Origin: Azolla caroliniana
Lineage: Eukaryota > Plantae > Polypodiophyta
Assembly: GCA_043228905.1 (NCBI GenBank)
Contig: JBHGNT010000020.1
Location: 10,788,001 to 10,852,000, forward strand
DNA: 64,000 bases
Direction of reading: 5' to 3'
Each line of letters starts with the position of its first letter. The first letter of the stretch is position 1. Positions 49,545 through 63,360 of the stretch are shown here, piece by piece. Under the pieces are notes generated by a model. The model searched no databases, was not told where the DNA came from, and saw nothing but the letters and a program-made list of their open reading frames with translations. Position numbers and translations under genes: made by a program.

Positions 49545-49875
49545 TAAGGATTAGGGTTTCCAGAAGAAGGAGAATCTGAAGGAGAAGAATGCGAACTAGG
49601 GTATTCCAAAAGAAGGAGAATCTAGAGGAGAAGAATGGGAACTAGGGTTTCCAGAAGAAGGAAAATCAGAAGGAGATTGAAGGATTAGGGTATTCCAGAA
49701 GAAGGTGAAGAAAGAATTAGGGTATTCCAGAAGAAGAAGAAGAAGAGTGAGTTAGGATTTCCAGAAGAAGAGGAAATAAGAGAGTAGGATGAATCAGGAA
49801 AGATTTGGAGGAGGAGGAGGAGGAAGAAGGATTAGGGTTTTCTTGCAGAAAGAAGAAGGATTGGATTAGGGTTTG
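49545..49875. repeat. Degenerate repeats TTAGGG(T/TA)TTCCAGAAGAAG, telo-box-rich, upstream of DnaJ8
   Basis: About 8 copies of a TAGGG(TTT/TAT)CCAGAAGAAG core. Confidence 0.6.
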
Positions 49876-51769
49876 CAGGGAAGGAGCTTATTTTGGAAAG
49901 AACTTGACAATCCTTATCCATTAAGGGAAAGGGGAGCTGTCTTTATATAGATGCCTGCTGACGTGGATGAAAGTTCTGACATGGATAATATTACCTAGAA
50001 AAAGGAAAAAAGAAGAAGAGAGAGGTAATATTTCTTCTTCTCTTTTAATTTATAAAAAGGAATAATAAAGTCCCAAATTAACAAATAAAATGGAATATGT
50101 ACATACAAGACCTTGGAGAGTATGTACCATGAAAGGAGAACCAATCATTTGGTGGTGGTGAGAACCCACACACGAAAACCCGGCCCGCGAAAGCCAATAC
50201 CGAGAAACCCGACCCGAGAAACCTAACCTGGGAAACCGACCAGAGAAACCTGACCTAGGAAGCCCGACCAGAGAAACCCAACCAAAGAAACTTGACCCGA
50301 GAAAGCCGACCCGATATGGCCTCACCATCGGTACACGGAAGACGAAGCGGAACATGTCCGTGGCAATCCACCGCCATTTTCTCACTTGCATAGTCCAGCA
50401 TACGTCATGCCATAATTTGGGATGTGTGGTCCAACGACATTCATCTCAGAAAGGGGGTGGGGGTTTAGGGTTTAGGTTTGCCATACCACCATTTCCATTG
50501 CTTGACATTCCTCCGAGTCGAAAGCTCTTGAGAGTCGAAGGTTCTGTAGACTCGAAGGTTTGTCGGAGTTGAGGGCTCGTCAGAGTCTAGGGCTCTTTTG
50601 TACAATGGAGGAATATTGCCATCCTGATGTCACACTGTGTGTACACATTCGGGTAGGTTCGTCTTGTGCGATGCTTCATCAATATTAGCAAAGTTTTCTC
50701 TTTCGATAGAGACCACTCGTGCACACAATGAGTATCCATCTCTTTATGCAAATTGTATAGCCAACTTTTGCATGGCTCATCCATGATCACTTATCTTGAA
50801 ACAAGAATTATATGAATAGGCAAAGTAGAGAATGGTTGCCAGATAGGATCACATCCAGGAGTATAACATGTTACTGAAAATGCGTTTTGCATATTATTAA
50901 TCCAACCTACAAGATAAGATTGAGTGACTTTGGGCTTCTTGCTTTCCATCCGAATGCAAGAACTACTAGGACGTGACTAACTCAATATGGTAGAAAATTG
51001 CCAAATCATCTACAGTCTAACGGCTACCATTTGGCAGATCTCAAATTTCATTCACAAGAGAGCACTCAGGTTGAGTAGTAATAAGCTCTCAACATTTAAA
51101 TGATGGGGCACTAGTGACACCATGCCACAACAATACTTTAATCCTATGTTTTCCACAAAGCTGCCAACTATAAGTAAGATTCTTCAAAAATGAAGGTATC
51201 ACTTGTAAGCTATTACGTTATCAATACAAGTACTTGGGTTCAATAGATTTTCATATATCTTTATTACACAATGTATCACTTTCCTTACCCTCCTTCACAC
51301 TGATAAGCATAACCTTGATAATTGAGAATATTGCTTGGAGGGGACTAGTCAGAACTGATCACATTTATATATATCATTGTGACTTGTCTAATGAAGGGAT
51401 AGAGAATGAGGAGCATCTTACAATATACTATGAAGTACTCACTCTAACAATTATTCCCACTATCATTTACTATATGCACTAACCTCATACAACTTCTTAT
51501 ATGCAATATCATTAAACCCGAAGTGCATGACACTACCTACTCTTAGCACCACCATAAGAGACTCATTCTTTTTAGGTACCATTGACAATGTTTCTAGCCT
51601 CACAAAATTAAAATACCATCATCTCTCTCTCTTTTATCGTAATTACCTTACCCTAATAATAAGTTCTTAGCACTACAAGCACTGCGTTGTGGGTTCGAAA
51701 CCCAACTTCCTCACCTCTTTATTATATACTTCTTATATATCTCTCAATTCACTAGATGCCACCGTAGAA

Positions 51770-51835
51770 TGTAGGGGTTGAACCCATGACCACCTGGTCT
51801 CCATTCGGCAACCTTACCAACTGAGCTACATCCAT
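51770..51835 (-). mobile_element. tRNA-derived SINE head or tRNA pseudogene
   Basis: Minus strand TGGATGTAGCTCAGTTGGTAAGG...GGTCATGGGTTCAACCCCTAC has A and B boxes but a poor cloverleaf. Confidence 0.55.
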
Positions 51836-52679
51836 CTTCTCTCTCTCTCTCTACTAGTTGAAGCCCTACTCATATCCTAAGCTCATCCAAGAGAGGGAGA
51901 TGTACCATCATGTTTATGTGCGCAACACACATGGAATGGAGAGGTGGAACATGTTTAGAAAAAAGCCCTAAATATGTGAGCTATGCTTTGTAAATATACT
52001 AGACCTAAGAAGCAGTTGCCACCTTGGCATGCCTTGCATAGAAGGATGTCACACATGATTGGAAATAATTTCTAGAAGGTTGTATATGAACATATGATAA
52101 CAGGAAATAACGCTTGTAAACTGTAATGATTGATTGGTCATATGGGTCTTTGTTGGTCCTTTGCGGATGTTAATATAGCCTTACTCTCTTTGACCCAAAT
52201 GTTCATATTCCTACTTGTTCCTGGCCCATGTCTTTGCTTTGATTCTACATTTTCTCATGCTCATTCCACATCTTTAAGTGCCCACCCTCTTGATATTGCA
52301 TTTTGCCTATTCCCATTCCCATTCTCATCCTCGTTGCTTCATCTCCACTTGCTCCATCAACTTATCATTAATCACTTGAACACCTACTCAAGGCATCACA
52401 TTGCACACCCATAATTTATTGTATTTATACTAGATTGATGGTGTTGGTGAGTTAAACTCGCCATCCACTCACCAACCATTGATAACATCCATAGAATGCA
52501 TAAGTAATGTTATGGTAAAAAAATGTCCTTGGGATTAACAATGTATGAGAAAATACTTGAGCATTGGATTATATCAAAGAAACAAAAACGTAATCCTTTG
52601 TGTTGATTCTTTGCCTTGAAGAATCGAAGTTAATATACCTAAGTTAAGAGAAGATCTCAACAATGAATTTTGAAATAAG

Positions 52680-52745
52680 CCATACACATATACATACATA
52701 CATACATACATACATACATACATACATACATACATGCATGCATGC
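52680..52745. repeat. (CATA)n microsatellite
   Basis: Direct inspection. Confidence 0.9.
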
Positions 52746-55099
52746 ATTTTATATAAGGCATCAAGAAGGTTAAAGGAGGGATCGGGGACACAATCTCAAT
52801 GTGGGACCCATGGACATGTCTTTTGAATGTACACTATGTAACTTTGATGCTAGATATCCAATCAAAATGAACTTAGTCCACATGGGCCAAATATGAGATA
52901 CACTTGTTTGTAATATAAATATAACAAAATTTGTACCCAAGTAATGACAAATAAAAGTTTAGAAGTGAAGCGAGAAACATTCTGAGCCACCAAAAGAGAC
53001 CCCCCTCTTTCTCTCTCTAACTTATGTTATTACAATTTCATTTCAATTGTGGCCTCTTGTTTTCCGCCATGAGTAATAACTTAAGTCATTGACACAATAG
53101 CATTGATTCCAATCCTTATTTCATGCATATTTGTTCTACCATATATCACTTTTCTAAAGTGTATGCCACGTTGGTGTATTGAATTCGTGATCTCATTGTC
53201 TCCAAAAAATTGACACAACCATCTCTCTCTTTTTATCCCATGACAACAATGCAAATGATGCATATTTAGAAAGAGAAACTTGAGATAAGGTTACTTCTTT
53301 GATAAAATTACTTCACATTGATCTTGTGATGACGTGTTGATTCTTAGACAACTGACACAAAATATGTGGCGCAGGTGAAACGTATCACTATATTTCTTGT
53401 ATTCTCAAAGGATGTGTCACACTTGCAAAACCATCCACATCTCATGATGATGTACTCTTCTCAATGGATAAAAATGTGTGGATGGTATTAGTGAGCCACT
53501 CCAATGATTTCTTTTAAGTTCCACATCACATTTAAACAAGTTCATGTCCAATCTTGCATCATGCCTAATACAATGTTTGTTGGTAGAATTTGCCATCATA
53601 GACAGAAGTTTTAAATGTTCTCGAATTTGACAATGTTCTAAAAGTAAAAAGAGATCATTGTGGCATTAAATTAGTTAGAAGGAATAATACATGGACGAGG
53701 AAGGCCAATGTGTAGAACACAAGGTTGTACAATGAGCTTCGTTTTATTGTGTGCATGAAATAACGTAAAACAAATTGTTACGACTTTTCTACAAAACATG
53801 TAAGTTAACATCGATGATTTACATCAACAATGAAGCTTTGAGAAAGAGTGACATAACTTAACAAGTAAAAGTTAAGTAGAAGATTATGACATCATGAACG
53901 TTGACGTAGAAGAAAAGGAAGATAAGAGGCTTAAACTAAAAGCAGATGATCTTGTCAAAACTCTAGTGTGCAACGTCATAAAGACTAGTAGTGAACCAAA
54001 GTGGGTATGGAGATGCAATAGTATTACCGTCATAAATGTTCCACGTTGAGTGAGTATGTATGAACTTAATAATGCTATGAATAAGTGACCATCGCTTTAT
54101 GTCAAATTCAAATTTTAAAACAACAATTTAAACACTCTCACTAGATGTTGCTTCAATTGCATCACCACCCCTTATGAATAAAGTGCAGAAATGTGTGGTG
54201 TTCAATATTAGTATACGATTTTGAATATAAAGAAAAAAATGAAAATGCTTCTAGTGGAATCGTCATTGAAAAGTGCACATATAACAAAGAAAGTAAATGG
54301 TGAATTGGATAACCTTAATCCACAAGTCCACATACAACATACATAAAGTTGCACAAATAGGCTCAGGACAATACCCCACTTGGAAAGCTAGGTTTAATTA
54401 CATGTTATATGTATCAAGAAAAACTACCAAAATACCTTGTCAATTCACCTATTTACTATAATACCCCTGACTCAAACAAAGGAAACATGCTTTATAAAAT
54501 AATCATTCAAGCTAGATACAAAACTTATTTACTAAAAAACAAAACAAACCAAATGTAATTACCAGAATGCCTTCACACTAAACTTAATAGCCAAAATACT
54601 CTCCACACTATACCCAACTACCAAAATCCCATTCAAAACAAACTTAATTAGTATTACATTCACAATGACAAATTGTGTCTCTTGTTTTGCTTCATCTCAA
54701 CCTTTGCATTACATTTATATTTCATTTTATGTCTAATAATTAGTTCGATCTTTCAATTTCATAATCTACATTATCAAGTTCAAAATTGCCTTAATCTTTG
54801 TATCTCTTGATCTATCCTAATATTTAGACTCAAGCTTTATCCATCTATCTCAACCTCATTTTTTATTTTCTAAATCCAGTTTACAATTAGGTATCATGGC
54901 TTTGGTGGAGGGAAATTAGTTTGAATTATTGAAGGAGCTTCTACAATTAGTGAGGGATGATGCAACTAGTTCTCATGTTGAATTAGTGATCAAAGTAGAT
55001 AAAAGAAGGTAAATTTTTGCAATATCATTCATCCAAAAGTTTTTTTGCCTCATATTTGACTTACAATACTTTAGCTAGATTGAGTATTACATGCCAACC

Positions 55100-55620
55100 T
55101 TGAGAATATTGGAGGTTGCATGCATCCTTTACTAAAGGTGGTCTTTCTTGTCACACCAAGATGAATAAGGAAGAGCACTATTGTGTTTGCACACAACACT
55201 TGGGAAACAAAAAGCCTAGATCAAAACAATTGACTAAAATTTGTTTGAGAAGCTCAAAGATGATCCCTCTTTCATTGATCACATGTATTGTGAAAAAGGC
55301 ATTTGTCTCATCTCTTATAGGTAGCTTGCAAAGAAAAAGAAAGGGGATCTACTCAAATACATGGGGATCATGTTGTGGCATATTGTCCAAGCATATTGGA
55401 AGCAAAACCATTCTTAGTTCATAGAAAAGGATGATGATAATGCATGTTGGTTTCTTCAAAGTTTAAACAATGCTCTTTAATACACATTTGCACTAACATT
55501 TATTTCAAACAAGCAACAAAAATTAGTTGATGTTGTCTTGGTGTTTGTATTTCAAACAAACACATGGATATTGGATGCAATGATTCAACAAACATTAAAA
55601 TCGGTATGCAATGTCATCTT
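55100..55620 (+). mobile_element. Highly degenerate MULE transposase remnant
   Basis: Fragments EKDDDNACWFLQSL and FISNKQQKLVDVV resemble the MULE E..NW.WFL and ISDRQKGL motifs. Confidence 0.4.
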
Positions 55621-56443
55621 GGTGATTAGAATTGGTTTTGGGTGGTTTCTCACGATCACCTACATGCGTGATTGCTATACAAGTTTCTCCAATAGCCCGT
55701 GGAGAAAGAGAATAATAACTATCCTTAAAGTTTAATTAATCATCAATTAGAAATGGATATAAGAATATAATTGTAGAACTTACTGCTTAAGATTACACTA
55801 TTTAGTTTTACTAATAATATCTATTAAGCATATACTTAAACAAAGAGGATACAATAACCATTCTTTTTTAGTCAGGTTTAATTGTTGAGCGTATTTTCAA
55901 CGCATTCCCCATAAAAACTATCATCAGCTATAAACCATGAGAATATTTCATTGACTATTTTCAAGAATCAATTTAGCAATGAAGCCCCATTTCGTTTCAC
56001 TTTGGTTCATCTACTCATAACATACAATTTATATTGTTTGGTGAGTTTAGTAACAAGGACATCAAAAGAAGTATGAAGAAAACATTTGAAGGTCATCAGA
56101 TTGAACTAATCATTGATTCTTCAATCAAGAAACTTCAGATTAAAATTGAAAGAAAAGATTTTGAATGTCTTCAAATTGGAGTTGGCATTGATTTTGGATC
56201 AATAAAACGACTCCAACCTGAACCAATAATCAGCATGACAATGTAAACCAAAAACTGAAGAAAGTTCAAATAAGGTGAAATGCACTCAGTATCGTTTCTT
56301 AGACAAGATAAGAGATGCTTGCAAATATTTCTCCACTTTGAATTCCTCTGTGATAAGTGAGGTTAGTATATGATCCATCTTCGAAATGTATCAAACGCAC
56401 TGGTGGTTAACAACACAAACTCACCTTCCTTGAGATGACTTAG

Positions 56444-56776
56444 TGTTGGCCACAACGATCTTTTGAATAACCTGCAACACAAATATATAAATGAATATCC
56501 TGTCCATCACTTTATTGTTTCAAAAGGAATTGTAATCCATTAGCAACAAACACCTTAATTACACGATCATGATTAAAATTATTTTCATCTATTAGAAATT
56601 CCCTTCTTGGTGTTGGCCACAACGATCTTTTGAATAGCCTGCAACACAAATATATAAATGAATATCCTGTCCATCACTTTATTGTTTCAAAAAGAATTGT
56701 AAATCCATTAGTAACAAACACCTTCATTACACGATCATGATTAAAATTATTTTCATCTACTAGAAATTCCCTTAAC
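56444..56776. repeat. Tandem duplication of about 167 bp spanning a FEN1 exon-intron-exon unit
   Basis: TGTTGGCCACAACGATCTTTTGAATA...AGAAATTCCCTT occurs twice. Confidence 0.9.
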
Positions 56777-57597
56777 CCCTGTCAAAAAGAACAATGGGTG
56801 AAAAAATGACTCATTGAATAAATGAAACATTGCCTCCTTGAAACTCAAAAGAGCTTAGAATTTTTACCTCCGTATCAGGAGATACCCATTTCAGCTCAGG
56901 CTGCTTTTCTGGTGAAGTGACAACAGGGTCTTTGAACAGCATCCTCACTTCTTGGAATGGCCATGAATCTGGTATCTGATACCTAGTTGGGTAAGCTATT
57001 GTCAAATGAAAGTGAATTAAAACCACTAGGTATAAACACAACGAATGGTGGAAACCAATATACCTGTCCTTATTCAGGTTCTCCACGATGTGTTCTATGG
57101 TACCATGTTGTCGAACTAGCTTAAGAGCAGTCTGTGGTCCAATCCCTGGAAACATCATGCATGACATTACAGATCTTCAAGGAAATTCTTAGTTTCTTTC
57201 TAGTAAAAAAGGATGAATACTTAATGCACCAGTTTGAGCACTACATGCCATGAAGAGGATGTGACCACATCCAAACCTTATTAACTACCCTTAAGCCCCA
57301 CAGATCCTAAATTGTGGAGATTCAATTCAATTCCATACAGAATAATCATCTGAAACAACCTGAACATAAACACTACATAACTCAATTATGTGTTCACACA
57401 CGCACACACACAGAGAGAATGTCTTGGTATCATTAAAAGATTAAATTTATTTTAAGAAATTGGATGTATGCCTCCTGACTCGACCCATGATTAGATTCAT
57501 CAACGAAACTATCATTTTTTCTATCAGAATAGATCATCAGTAAAGATTATCCTTATGTGAGCCACTAGTGAAAACCATATCAACCTAGTTTAAAAAA

Positions 57598-57910
57598 GGG
57601 AAAAGTACCAAGATACCCCTGGAAGTTTGTCTATTTACCAGAATGCCCCTGGAAGTTCCAAATTTACCAAACTACCCCTATGTCCAAAAAATTACACTTT
57701 ATAAAGTAATTATACACTCAAATATTTGGTAAATAGGGCTAGTTCGGGTCCATTTCTTCCATCTTTGGTAAATAGGGCTTGTAGATTTGAGGGTATAATT
57801 ACTTTATAAAGTGTAATGTTTTGTACATAGGGGTAGTTTGGTAAATTTGGAACTTCCAGGGGCATTCTGGTAAATAGACGAACTTCGAGGGGTATCCTGG
57901 TACTTTTCCC
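57598..57910. mobile_element. Mutator-like MITE in a FEN1 intron
   Basis: TIRs of about 120 bp (GGGAAAAGTACCA...TGGTACTTTTCCC) flanked by a perfect 9-bp TSD TTTAAAAAA. Confidence 0.92.
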
Positions 57911-59329
57911 TTTAAAAAATAATAGTTTTTGCCTCATTGTTTGACATAAATGCCATTAATGATAGTTTTCTTTTCCACAGTTCGACAGAATCCTATTTCA
58001 CTATGTTCATCCTCCCTTGGACAGCACATTTGTTGCAAGTGAGGATAATTTCCTTTTTCCAAAGAGTGGTAACATCTATGCTTATTATTGTATTTTGTAG
58101 ATATCCCAGAATTTGTTATTGTGTATGTCAGATAATTATCCTAGGACTTTATAGGCCCATAATTTATATGTAAAAATGGTAAAACAAACATGTTACAACC
58201 CCCACATTAAGCTTTACATCTATGCTCAACTTCATTGCACATGCGACATTATGGCTTAAGAATATTGGGGAGACCATGTATGGGGATCTATAGGGCACAC
58301 AATTTTACTATCACTGATCAAGTTAAAACCTTCATAATGTAGATGCCTTATTTTGAGCATGTGAGAGCATTGCACATGATCCACTATTTACTCACTCCTA
58401 TTCCAATTGAAATAAAACAAAAATGATTAATAAGACCTAAAGAGATTCAAAGAACAATTTCAATACCTACATCAAACAATGAAAAGAAACCTCTGCGAGA
58501 GGAGAATTACAGATACAAAAAACCTCGGACTGCAACAACATGGTAGATCATATTGACTTTATTTGGAAATCAATGTCATCTGTAGTTTACAGGAATAAAA
58601 ACAAACCTTTGATAGTGTCACAATAATCACATCCACAAAGGATACAGAGGTCAATGAACTCGTCCATTGTCATCTCTAAACCTTCTAAGGCCTGCATCCC
58701 AATTTCAACAAAGTTAAGTTATGTTACAAAAACATGACATAGAAGCATTTAAAGGAAGCATGAAAATGAAATAGATTTTCGCCAATGTCCTTTTCTGAAA
58801 TGAACTAGGCACTAATATCAAGGTAAAATTGTATTAGCGAGGAACCCATTCATACCTTAATAATGTCAAATTCTAAAACAGGAATTTTGCGAGATATAGG
58901 ATCCATTAGATGCCTTAGAAATTTGGGTGCCCCAAAAGTCAGCGAGTCCATGTCTTCTGAAGCTACGCCATAAACCTAAATAATTAAAGATACTATGAAA
59001 AAAACCTTTTCAATTTAATTTTCCATGAAAATAGATATCAGCTCCACTTCAAACCAAAACACCTTTCCTGACTTGCATAAAGCTGCACATTCAGCCTCCG
59101 CTTCACCAGGGGCCTGAAGAAAAGTAATCAGAATCAGAAAGGTCTTGTAAGTCTTTCAAGGAGACAAAACTTAAATTTCTTTTTAAGACATTTCAAAGCA
59201 CAATTTCTTTGACTTGACAAAACAATATGATGCAGGATTCCACATACCTAGGCCAACATATAATTCATATATGGAAAAAAGAAGAAGCTAATGCCTGATA
59301 CAAGAGCAGAAAGATATTAATATCCTAGA

Positions 59330-59600
59330 CAACTTTTCTCAGATTATTGATAACTGAAGGAAGAGCACAAGACAAGAGAGTTTATTGCTGCTTTGATGAA
59401 TTTTGCAGATCATTTGACACTGCTGAGGAAGTAAAGCATGAGAAAAGTACTTTAATGTCTTATACAACTAAATTTATTATCAAGATCATTTGTCTATATA
59501 TACAATGCATAGGATATTGCAGTGGTTGTTGCTCGCTTATGCAGACAAACCACACTTCGCAAACAAAATAGGGATAGCATTTTAACTTTCTTATTAAAGG
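59330..59600 (+). mobile_element. RTE-like RT remnant in a FEN1 intron
   Basis: ITEGRAQDKRVYCCFDEFCRSFDT resembles IEEGRAHNKRIYCCFVDFRKAFDT of family A. Confidence 0.65.
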
Positions 59601-60546
59601 TGGTGGAGAGGGATTACAGTGTGAAAAAGAGCCATCAACTCTACTCGCATCAATGGAAAGATGGGATTGATGATGATTTTCAAGCTGGGCTAAAAGGTTG
59701 GCTTGTAACAGGAGACAATATTTTTCTCAGACTGCATCTGATGGCTATGATAGCTATACAAGCATCTGTACGAGGATAAACTGGATTTGTTATAACAGGT
59801 GTTCTGATAATGTAGTCACCAATGTTTTTGGAAGGGAAATTTTTAAGCAAGTAAGCACCAATATAAACAATGGAAACTCAAGATTCCAACATTCTTGGAT
59901 TCATCCATGCTCTTGGATACAATTCTGTGCTTCAATACAGATCCAAATTCAAATTGAAACTAATTTTCTAATTTCATGAATCGAACATCTGATTGCATAC
60001 GGAAAATTCTTGATAGAATTCTTTTATTCACGCTCTATTTCTTCAGACATCTAGATTATAGAAGTGGATAATGATCCACAGTGGATGAGAATGATGCAGG
60101 ATATATTCAAGCTCAGAATGAAATTCATAAACTGCTACAAAGCAAAGAGAGACGAGAGTGCCTGAATTGCAGGTACACCCATTAGTTGTAACAATCTCAA
60201 GCAGTCTTCATTATGTTGCTTTGTGACCTGAAAGAGTATCAGTTCAATTCATTTTGAGACTATCTACATTAGAAGTAAAACCAAATTAGCTTTATTCATC
60301 ATAACCTAACTTCACTGTCCGTTTGCTGTACTTCTCTATGTCACTTCTATCACCATTCTGCAAACAAATGCAACAAACAAAGGCACAAAGAAAAGATTGT
60401 TAAACTGCATTCTTACAAAACAACATCTCCAACATGCAAATGTTCTCACCTCCAATACAGCTGCCAAATCAGCTGCAGCATCCTCTCGCCTTGAAGATCT
60501 GTAAACAAAATAAGATATAAAACAGATGAAAATAACATCAATAAGC

Positions 60547-60817
60547 CTGAGTTTTTCTTTATTTCCCCAAATGCCCCCATGGTTTTGTTACTTACTCTTG
60601 CTCAACCCCTAAAATAGCAATTATATGTCAATTCAACCCCTGTTTCTCAGTTACACAGTTATATGTACTATTTGACCAAATATATATGCTATTTGAGCAA
60701 TTCTATTCATTCCCTTTCTATTCTCTTTTGGAGATCGACCAAGGTCATTTGGTTACATAAGAACTTAGGGGCCTTTGGGTGAATAACGAAAACTCAGACA
60801 TTTCAGAGGTTTTCCCT
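60547..60817. mobile_element. Degenerate MULE-type MITE (related sequence at about 36990-37145)
   Basis: Inverted termini CTGAGTTTTTCTTTATTTCCCCAAATGCCCC / GGGGCCTTTGGGTGAATAACGAAAACTCAG. Confidence 0.55.
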
Positions 60818-62594
60818 AAATGTAACTAACCGTTTATATAGTTCTGCCTTCTTCAAACTAGGAGGTTCACCATCAAAAACATACCTGAAAATGTGATCAA
60901 CTTGAGCATGCACGGAGAGGTCTATAGGAGATCAGCACTTTCAACACAAATATATCAGTTATTTACAATAAGGAATTAGACTTACAAAGGTTGGATACCA
61001 GCTTCTAGCAGCCGAATTGTTCTTGTGAACATACCCTGCAAATGGCTAAAGTTAAAGATTCAGAGTTGTGATAAGCTAAGATTTTTACATAAAAACCTGT
61101 ATCCAACCTATCTATAGCAAAACTTTAAATTTGTCAGCATACAAAATTTCACCTTGTCACTTCACCAGCCTCATTTGTGAGCAATCTAGTGCCTGTACGG
61201 CCAACCACAATCTGCAAAACAAATACAGACATAGATTGCATCATAAACTACTCTATGTGCCATAATACGAATACATATTAAAAACAAAATCGAAACCTCT
61301 GAGCCCAACAAGACCTACATCAATAGCTATAAATGGAATCTGTGTTTTTTCTTTACCAAGGAACCTGGGGATTATGATATTATAGGATATGACAATCCTA
61401 AATAATGTCCAATTGGTATATATGATACCAAATACCAGTCTAAACAAGTCTTGTTTAAGTTTGCCACCTAGCTGGTGTATTATCCTGGATGTATATCATG
61501 AACCTTTCGTCAAACAAAGAAATCCAGGCTTATTCTTAAAGATACATAATTTCTAGGAAAATTCAGATTGGTGGGGTATCAATTCCTATTGTTATAATCA
61601 TGATTGGTATCAAAACAAGAATCATATCCTGGGTGGCATTAGCTAAGTAGTTTTAGGATTTTCATCTCAAAAATGAAATTCGTTTATTTACATACAATAC
61701 AGTATACCACATCATTGCATCATGATTCATAAGCACTTTTCATTAAACTTCAAGTTACTACTCTTGGGATACTTTGCTATATTGTTGAACATGTGTCAGG
61801 CCTATAAAAATGAGGCTTTTTGTCTTGAGGACAGGTTTCATATTTAGATATAATACATGCTATTATACGCTGAAAACCTGTTCAGAAAGATAGCATTGTT
61901 ACTCTTCTCTAGAAATTATCACCCTTTACCAGAAATTGATAAATACTTGTGCTCGCATCTATAGCAATTTTCCGTTCAAGAAAACTGTCAAATTTGAGCT
62001 CCCTCATACAACCCGGTGCATGTTCAGAGAGAAGCTTCGTTAAACCCTATCAAAAAAAGAAAAAACTGTCAAGAATAAAAACGAATGACAAGAGAATAGA
62101 GAGAGAGAGAGAGAGAGAGGAAAGAAACCAGAAAACAAATGAAAAGAATAAGTGAATGAAAGAAAGAAGAAAAGGATGGGACTTCACATGTTCAAATGTT
62201 AAGTGAAAAATTTGTTAAATTCTTAACAGAAAGCAAACAAGATTCAGAAAAAAGACGAAGGGGAAGAGTAAAAAAGAAAGAAAGAATTAACTGAAAGGCA
62301 AGAAAAGCATAAAACAGTGCTCTGAAGGAAGGAAGAACAAAAAGAGAGATGAAAAGAAATACCTTGATTCCCATGGTGATAGTTGTGAAACGCTGGCGAT
62401 GGCGATGGCGATGGCGATAGGAAGGAGGAGAGAATCTGAGGTTTAGAGAACAAGCTGAAGCTGATTTAACAGAAGTAATCTCCATGAAAGCATACTGAGT
62501 ATCTGAGAAGGAGAGGGATGGGGATGGGGGCATTTCTGCAGAAAATGTGTATAGAATGTGTAAATGGAGATATGATTATTACGGTTGGAACACA

Positions 62595-63360
62595 GATGAT
62601 GAGCAAAAGAATAAGAGATTAATAAGGAAAAGAATGGATTAAGGTTGCTTAATGATGAGTACAGGAATAAGAGATTATTACTTACACCCATAATTAAGGG
62701 TGTTTAATGATGAGCAAAAGAATAAGAGATTAATTAGGAAGGGAATAGATTTAAGGCCACTTAAGCACATCAATCATTAAAGGTGCTTAGTAATGAGCAA
62801 ATGAATTTAAAGAGATTAATAAGGAGACGAATGGATTAAGGGTGCTTAATCACACCAATATTTAAGGGTGCTTAATGATGAGGCAAAAGAATAAGATATT
62901 AATAAGGAGAAGAATGGATTAAGGGCACTTAATCACACCCATGATTAAGGGTGCTTAATGATAAGCAAAGGAATAAGAGATTAATTAGGAGGGGGATAGA
63001 TTAAGGTTGCTTAAGCACATCAATCATTAAAGATGCTTATTGACAAGCAAAGGTTATACCTTATGTTATACTTGGGTTGTTGTACCTTGAAGAGAAGAAT
63101 GGATTAAGGGCACTTAATCTCACCAATATTTAAGGGTGCTTAATGAGGAGGAAAAAGAATAAGATATTAATAAGGAGAAGAATGGATTAAGGGCGCTTAA
63201 TCACACCCATGATTAAGGGTGCTTAATGATAAGCAAAGGAATAAGAGATTAATTAGGAGGGGAATAGATTAAGGTTGCATAAGCACATCAATCATTAAAG
63301 ATGCTTATTGACAAGCAAAGGTTATACCTTATGTTATACTTGGGTTGTTGTACCTTGAAG
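62595..63360. repeat. Complex tandem array upstream of FEN1 with a higher-order duplication of about 268 bp
   Basis: Recurrent GAGCAAAAGAATAAGAGATTAATAAGG and ATTAAGGGTGCTTAAT. 62830-63090 is repeated at 63097-63360. Confidence 0.85.

Larger units (their letters stand above)
56199..62374 (-). pseudogene. FEN1: Flap endonuclease 1 (FEN1) copy, about 16 exons, with disabling lesions
   Basis: Exons 62374-62363 (MGIK), 62046-61930 (IAIDAS..IYQFL), 61211-61153, 61045-60986 (HLQGMF), 60884-60831 (YVFDG), 60498-60450, 60357-60310, 60227-60162, 59113-59063 (EAEAECA), 58975-58856 ([10 protein letters not shown]), 58691-58607 (GCDY), 57145-57064 (GIGP), 56982-56868, 56778-56722, about 56471-56425 and 56217-56199 (RLESFY*). 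Lesions: TT donor after exon 7, internal duplication and early stop. FEN1 identity is high confidence; pseudogene status is moderate. Confidence 0.8.

Noticed and set aside
1067-62374. Functional cluster of PCNA-interacting genes (ATXR5/6 and FEN1)
   Set aside because: They are separated by more than 30 kb and three unrelated genes, with no sign of co-regulation, so this is probably chance.
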